From positions 18,910,001-18,974,000 of the forward strand of contig CM120645.1 of NCBI GenBank assembly GCA_051362555.1: a stretch of 64,000 nt of DNA, in the 5' to 3' direction. The DNA is from Lingula anatina (lineage: Eukaryota > Animalia > Brachiopoda). The notes under the pieces are model-generated. The model searched no databases. It was not told the origin of the DNA and saw nothing but the letters and a program-made list of their open reading frames with translations. This document shows, piece by piece, positions 48,007 through 64,000 of the stretch (the stretch's first letter is position 1; the number at the start of each line of letters is the position of its first letter). Position numbers and translations under genes: made by a program.

Positions 48007-49343
48007 TTGGAAATTCTTCTCTCAGCAGTATTGCCAAATAACTTTGCAGACTAAAGCTCTTATGCGAAATGGACCCCAGGAACCAGCTACTTGAAACATT
48101 AAGCTAAATAATTTATGTAATAGAAGAGAATTTTCAACAGACTGAGACTGGGGGGTTTGTACCAAAGGTATAGGTAGTGAAAATTAGTTGTAAGGTATAT
48201 TGGTTAGTATGTGAATGCTCTTTTGGTGTATCAACACTTAGCATGTCATTTCTGAATAGGCTTGGAAATGTCGTCTTTCATGAAATACTGTCATGAACAG
48301 ATGAATTTTCATACAATATGAATGCTTTGTTATTTCAGTTTTATTTCCAAGTATATGTTCATATACAGTTGTGCCTAAGACGCATTTGAAATGGAAGTCT
48401 TGATAGTAGATGCGACAAGAACCATGTTTTTGCTTTGTGTTGGGGAGCCTGTATTTGCACTTGTCACGAATTAATTTTCTCCGTTTGTCAAGGCCCCAAA
48501 TAGTAAATACAGATAAGTTTAAAGGCACTCTGTTGCAGCATATCTGAACCATTGCCATTCAGGGTGTCAAAATGGAGACCAATGCTAGAACATGTGATAC
48601 CTTAGATGCCAAATCCTTATTAGTTTTACCTGTTGCATGCTATATTTATGCAGCTTTTAAGTACAAATCTACATTTCAACTTGCATTTACTGCAGAAAAC
48701 AACTGCAGTCTAGAGTGACGTTTTAAGTTTATATGGTATTATGTTGTTCGTTTGAAAATTATTCTACAGTTTTCATAACCAGGACTTGTTTAGATAACTC
48801 CTTGACAAAACATCAGAGTAATGCAATATTGAAACCATATGTATCTTTTTATAAGATAAAATTGGTTTTGGATTTTTGCCAGCTGTGCAAAAAATGCATT
48901 GATTATGTTAGACTGAATTCTAGAACATTGCAGCACGATTTAGTGTAATACTTGAAGATGCAGCATAGGTTTTAGTGGTTGAATTTTCTTCGACATTCAA
49001 TTTTATTTTATTCACTTCTGTCTGTTTACAAATGTCTTACTTATATTTTTAACACTTATTTTGGTAAGATTGACTGATTTTCTTTTAAATGTGACTTAAA
49101 GTCAAATCAGGAATTTTTGTACAATCCTTGATGTTTATTTTTGTAAAAAAAAATTAAAAAAAATAAATGGTGATCTTTAACACCAATAAGTGTTATGTTT
49201 TTCATCTTTAGTCATAGTGTTTGGTAGCCTTTGCTTTCCTTTAGAGTTCTGAATTTTTATTTTCTACCGCCATGAGTGTAAAATTCACTGGAGTCTCTTC
49301 CTTCATTTTTTAGTATGACCTTCAAAATGCAGGACTTTCAGAT

Positions 49344-49359
49344 CCATTTCCATTATGAC

Positions 49360-49410
<51 letters not shown>
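49344..49410 (+). mobile_element. Poly(A)-tailed, severely 5'-truncated retroposed insertion
   Basis: 18 nt body plus A49, flanked by the 14-bp direct repeat caggactttcagat (49330-49343) / caggacttgcagat (49411-49424). Confidence 0.55.
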
Positions 49411-49411
<1 letters not shown>

Positions 49412-51016
49412 AGGACTTGCAGATTTTACTCCTGTGAAGGATTTTGGACATGGCATAAATTGATAACATAAGGGGGAAAAAAGAGTTGAAATCTCCAGCA
49501 AAAATCTAATTCTTGTTATAAAAAGTGCCAACGGTCATTATTGTGTGCCTTTCAACTATGGAGAGAAACAAATGACCATATTTGAAATTGTTCATTTACT
49601 TAAGACCTTCACACATATTCACATCCTTAAAAATTCTAATCATTTGATTAAAACTGTACTAAATTCAGAAAATGTCCAAACAAGTGTCATAATGGCAAAA
49701 ACTGGATAGAAAAAAATTTGGTTAATCCCCTGTATAAATCAGATTGCGGTAACTGTTCAGCACCTGGGAAACGCGGATATGATAGCGCGTTGGTGGCAGA
49801 AGATGGACTACTGTCAAATGATAGTAATGATACAGAGGTGAGGGGAGGGGGAGGGGTCAAACACTTCCTCTTCAGGTTATTATAAGAAAACAAGTAAACT
49901 GTAACTTCATCTGGCAGTAAGAAACCAAAATTTAATGTTAAATTGATGACTTGGCACCCAAGCAAATTGGCATTTCAATTACCACTATCTGCAACGTAAC
50001 TTTCAATGTTTTTTTTAACATTCAACAAGTGACGATTATTTTCAAGTTTTAGTATATCACTTTGTAAAATTAGTCAGGGGGGGGGCATGATTGTGAGTCT
50101 ACAGTGTAACTGGGGCTAAATCCTCAAATCTAGCGACTGGCTACAATGACCGACGACCACGGTTTTCCCAACGCGATGGCAAGAGAAAATTCTTAATATG
50201 ATCGCAAGGAACTACCATATATATTATGTACGCTATTCATCAACTCAAACAGCATATAATTTTGACACAGCTGCAGGTAGCGTGAATGTGACGACACGGG
50301 GCGCTAAAGAGTACGTCTTCTTATGGGAAGTGAGCTTCTGTTGCAGCATTAGCCTTCACCTTGACCTAGATTTCAGTGGAATGTGCAACACTTCTTCACC
50401 CTTAGCCTTCTGAATGTGATAGATGTACCATTTGGTGTTGAACAGAAGGTTTAAAAAAGAAATCGGTGTAAGTACAGCTACCTTGTTTTTAGGTTTTTTA
50501 AAAGGAATAATGGGACTTAGTTAGGGTGCACCGTATTGTGCTTGACGAGCCGGCTAAATGATGCCCGCACCATGCTGCCGCATTTGTTCAATCTTACCTG
50601 CTGCAAAATTCCATAACAGGCATGTGTGAGGCCGAACTACTGAGGCAACACCACGCACACTTTCCACATTAAGTTACACAGTCACATTTCACTACACTTG
50701 CAGTCGGTTCAATGGTGACTACCATTGTGTCTCAAAGTTTGGGCTACTAATACTTACAGGTTTCGGCTTTAGATGACTTTAATAAAACTTGTCGATTTAA
50801 GGGTACCTACACCATGTAGCATGTATCTCACTCAGTACCACTCTGTAAAAAGGCAGTGTGGTCTTCTTTTTGTATTAAGCTAGAAAATATGTGCATTTTC
50901 ACAACAACACATAGCACAAAATTTGTCTTTAAGGGATACTCTCAATGTTTTGAGTGATTGGGTTCCAGAGAAAAATGAGAAAAGGGGTAAACCATCCTAT
51001 GTCTCTTTGCAACTTG

Positions 51017-51184
51017 CAGGGGCGGATCCAGAGGTGTTTTCTGACAGTCTTCCAAATTATCTTTATTGATCCATCCTCCGTTTTTGACCGTCTCCCGACA
51101 GAAAAAATTAGATACCCGTCAATGTTAACTTAAAAATCTGACCGTCTTCCAGAAGACCCAGAAGATGGCCTAAATCCGCCCCTG
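51017..51184. mobile_element. hAT-like MITE with 5-bp TSD upstream of RtcB coding exon 1
   Basis: TIRs caggggcggatccag...ctaaatccgcccctg, with ACTTG on both flanks (51012-51016 and 51185-51189). Confidence 0.82.
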
Positions 51185-51484
51185 ACTTGTATAGCAGCCA
51201 GAATTGTCAGCTGACAACTGGTGATTATTCTGCTCTGTGCAGCAGCACAGATGCAAAGATTACTGCAAAGGAAATTGAACTTGTAGAGAAGAGCACATGA
51301 AACCGAGCTGTGTCTTAGGGAAGGCCTGAGGTGAGGTATTTGAAGCCGTTGCTTTCCCTGACTCTGCACAGCAGATCAATCTTTCATTATTTCTTTTCAG
51401 ATGATCAGTTGCTGTCAGCTGTGACATTTCTATTGAAGAACAACAACAGTACTGTAGCGTGTAAGGTCAGGCATAACTGTGACA

Positions 51485-60225
<8,741 letters not shown>

Positions 60226-60332
60226 ATTAATGACAGATTTATGTGATTGACTTTTGGAGAGTTTTTCAAAAGAATGGAGTTGAAAGTCTCACTGTGCAAA
60301 CTGCAGATTTTTGTTTCCATTGACCTAATAGG

Positions 60333-60338
60333 AATAAA
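60333..60338 (+). terminator. Candidate proximal poly(A) signal of RtcB
   Basis: First AATAAA, ~110 nt after the stop codon. Usage unproven. Confidence 0.35.
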
Positions 60339-61964
60339 TAGCAATCTGCTTCATTGGAAATATTGAGCCTGTGAAAGGTGAAAACTATGTTTTCAACCAG
60401 CAATCAACTTATAATTATATATTAAGTGGACTGCTGCAGATTTATCGATGCTTTAATCATTTCCTGCTCTTCAACAAGGATGGCTGATTTAGCTTTTTTA
60501 TTTAAAGTTCAAATTCCATTAACTAAATATAAACTAATTATACTAGGAGACCTTCATTGGCCTTAATTTGTTTTTCGTTTGTAGTACAGTCATTTAAGGT
60601 CTCACTTCTTATTCGCCTCCATGTACAGATGTAGCCTACTGTGCATGTAATGTTGAGATGTAAGCATCAGATTAAGACATCTCTATGTGTTAATGAATTA
60701 ATTGTCATATTATGTATTACAATTAGTCTCCACAGAATTAATTGTCATGTTGTATAATAAGTACATTTTCAGTTGCCTTAATTGTGAATGTTGCCAGGTT
60801 TTTTAATTAACACTTCCTACTTCATATTTGAACCCAAAGAAGGAGTGTTTTGAAAGGTGGTAGTTTTCACAAGCTATTAGTACTACAGGTACATACGATA
60901 AAAAAGTTTATTTGCAACTAAATACGACTGAAGTCTACAATACATTATTGGTCATACAGTCATTAAAGCATCATACAAGGATGAGAATTTCGCCACTATT
61001 GGCGTATTTCCAACTTTTTTGGAACCAAAAATATCATTGGCCTAGATTTCTGACATTTCCACTAAATAGCAGCCACCAGAGAAGTTTTGAATGCTTCATC
61101 TTGAGGAATATCAGGCTATTTTTCTTTTTTCTAGTTTTTTTTTATGTTATCATTTTGTGGTTTTGTAAGACCTAGGTGTTATGGCATATTCCAGTGTACA
61201 CAAAATCTAGGTCTTAAGACTGACATGCATGTAACAGTATAAGTACACTGTATGTGTTTATAAAGAGAAAACCTGCCTTATTTTGCATATGTTGATGTGC
61301 TCTCCCAACTGTAACATTACTGATATTTACACATCAAGGTGTTTTATGTTCTTCTCAAACAATTTTCTTTAATTTTGCTTGAATATTTAGAAAACTTGTT
61401 TAACAAAAGTTTAATTAATAACAACTGGGTCAAAGATCAATTTAGTGAGATGTGCTGTTGCTGAAGGGAGACGTTTCTGTTTTCAAACGTTTCCATAGCA
61501 ACAATAATGGTATGATCCGCCAGATCTGAAAGTGACCAAATCACACAAAGGAAAGCAAATAAAGCTTTATTCATAATGGTCAGGTGTGAATTAATTTCAA
61601 ATTTGTGACAAAAATTATACATAAAAACGACATTAATAATTATCAAATACATGAAATATTATTTAGTAACGGATTTGTTGCATCTGGCACATTAAATATT
61701 TGGTATTGGCAAAAGATAATCTAATGTTGGGAAACAACAGAACTGCAAATTAAACAGGCAAAACATTGAGTGTGCTTTTTAAAAAAGTAAAAAAAAAGAA
61801 GTTTTTTTGCCTTGACGGCTCACACACGACAGTACCTCGACCTTGTATATTCCTGTTCAAACTGTTCAGTCATAAGGAAAAGAGCGACAAATTTTCTCTC
61901 CCGTAACGGTAGAAATCAAAAAGGGGCTTATTTTCAAATTTAACGGGCATTGTGGGAAAACCTA

Positions 61965-62214
61965 TGAACCATTCCCAGACCTTATTGTACTAACTGTGGA
62001 TCGATCTATCTCCAAGGGGATTCTAGGTTAATTGCAATTAACTTAAGCAGCTTAGATGTTTGAAACAACCACTGAAGCTGTTAGGGATAATTAATTAGTG
62101 TTTTGCAGCTTCAGTAGGCGTGCCAGACATCTAAGCCGCTTAAGCTGAAAGCAATTAAACGTGAAACCCCTTGGAGTTGGATCGATCCTGGTATCTAGGT
62201 ATGGGAACCCAGTC
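61965..62214. mobile_element. PIF/Harbinger-like palindromic MITE, same family as 55949
   Basis: accattccca...tgggaacc ends, ggatcgatc subterminal motif, and mirrored aattgc..ttaagc.gcttagatgt arms. Confidence 0.72.
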
Positions 62215-62803
62215 ATAGCTAAAGCTCTCAGGTTTTGCACGTCCCGATAGCTGTAATATGCTAGATTATCAGGAGTTTATGTACGAATACTGATTTTAAT
62301 TCAAACAGTTGCGTAGAAATAGAACGCTATACATTTGGTGCAAACCGTAACGCTTATTCCTAAGGAAAAAGTATGCGAGGTGCGTCGTGACGTCCCTCGG
62401 TTGCATTTGGGAAGCTGCGGCACGATTTTTCATGAGAAAGACTTCGTAGCTTATACAACTGTTAATTAAAATGCAGATTATAGTAGATTCGATAATCAAA
62501 ATGTCATTAACTAGAGAGACTATTTTGAATTGGACGAGCTGATCACAGTGAGAAGCCGAATCTTCTTTATTTTCATTTTAGTGGAATGATCTTATAATTG
62601 CGTTAAAAACAATGGAATTTGATTGGTGTCAGGTTTTAAAGACAATAAGGAAGTGCCCAATCAAATTTATTCACCTTTTTTACTATGCCAATATGCATAC
62701 CAGTGTGTGATGCATACAAATCAGAGGCGGGTACAGAGATATTTTCTGGCAGCCTTCTTTGTTCGTTCATCCTCCACTGCCCCATCCCTACCCTCCGCAC
62801 GCT

Positions 62804-62810
62804 CACACAC

Positions 62811-62846
<36 letters not shown>
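62804..62846. repeat. (CA)n microsatellite
   Basis: Visible run. Confidence 0.95.
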
Positions 62847-62849
<3 letters not shown>

Positions 62850-64000
62850 TACACATTTATATTTATTGATTTATTTTATTTTCAAACACGTTTGGACTTA
62901 CAAATATACAAATTTATTGAAAAGAAAGTAATCCTTGAATTCAAATGTCAAATGTATCCAGTGTTTGCCACTTATGAAAATAAGTTGCTGGTTCGAATGG
63001 GGAGCTTGTCCTAAAGGATGCTAGACCAAATATCCTACGAAACACCCGATCAAAACATCCGACCAAACATCCTTTCTACGACCACAGCGATGCCAGTTTC
63101 ATGGTCGCACAAAGGACGCAGAAAAGACGCCGTCCAGAGAAGGGGTTTTACAGATATTAGTTTTATGCGTTCAATACATCCTGAAATAAGAACATGCATT
63201 GCATAAGTCGTTTAAACAAAAGATGTCCTGAGAGACATTGCTCAGCCGACTTTTTCAACACTACGTCTTTGGCGCAAAAAGACATTGAATGAATAACAAC
63301 TATTCATTTTGACCAAATATGGATTTTCTTGAGGTAATCGACTATTTTTCCGTATTTACGAATGGTTGATGAATCCGTTCCGACATTCACAGTCGGTCCC
63401 TTTTTAAATAAAAAGTTGTGGTTATTTGTTAAAGTCTCTTAAGATATTATAACAGAGGGTAGACAACTATGAAGGTAACGTGGTCCGATGGAAAGCGAAG
63501 ATTCCAGAATAATTGCAACAATAGCCCTTAAAGAATTTATTATATTTCTATAAGTTAACAATGTATTAACTGAGAAATATGAATCTCATACCAAGAGTTT
63601 TTTATCCTTAAAAGATAGAGAGAGGGGGTATAAAATAATAGTAAATCTTTAAATTTGTGTTATTCAAAGGTAATTTATACGAATCATTGCTCGACCCGTC
63701 CGTGTATTAGGATTCGATATTTTATCCAATCTTTGATTTCATAATTTATTTCTAAATGACTGGCCAGTGATTTACAACAACATCTGCCTTCCTTGCTGGT
63801 ACCCCCAAAATGCACGTACCGGGCATGTCTTCCTTTTCACTGTATGGCACAGTACACTTTTGAGTACTGACACAGTCTACTTAAACAAAAAAATAGACAC
63901 TATCTCTTTGATTTGAATGACATAAAATACTCATAGAAAGGGGCAGAGGATGGGGTTTGGGTGGGGTGAAGAATTCCTTCTTCAAGCCTGGAAAAAATTT

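Noticed and set aside
49725-49837. Reading frame SDCGNCSAPGKR resembling an amidated neuropeptide precursor
   Set aside because: No start codon or signal peptide, the Cys spacing does not match vasopressin/conopressin, and there are no further exons.

Overview
Eukaryotic, AT-rich invertebrate genomic DNA. The repeat types and mosaic CpG pattern suggest a lophotrochozoan such as a mollusc, but that is inference. Two complete multi-exon genes lie in tandem on the + strand, both assembled by hand from GT-AG exons with consistent phases. The first is mRNA-decapping coactivator DCP1 (11 coding exons, 10404-40773, 554 aa, with a ~20 kb intron 2). The second is RNA ligase RtcB (12 coding exons, 51485-60225, 506 aa, catalytic motifs intact). 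Non-coding DNA holds two Helentron-type non-autonomous (HINE-like) elements with internal satellite arrays, a decayed Sola-like transposon, a TTAA-flanked Kolobok-like element, three MITEs with 5-bp TSDs, four PIF/Harbinger-like MITEs, a TSD-flanked poly(A) insertion, and several mini- and microsatellites. Most notable unexplained signals: (1) a single-strand array of ATTGG-N10-E-box composites downstream of the DCP1 stop; (2) a candidate cryptic DCP1 exon that would add either a hydrophobic tail or a poison stop; (3) a fold-back MITE inserted inside an RtcB splice donor; (4) a satellite monomer shared between two different HINE families. No clearly new protein-coding system could be supported from the sequence alone.
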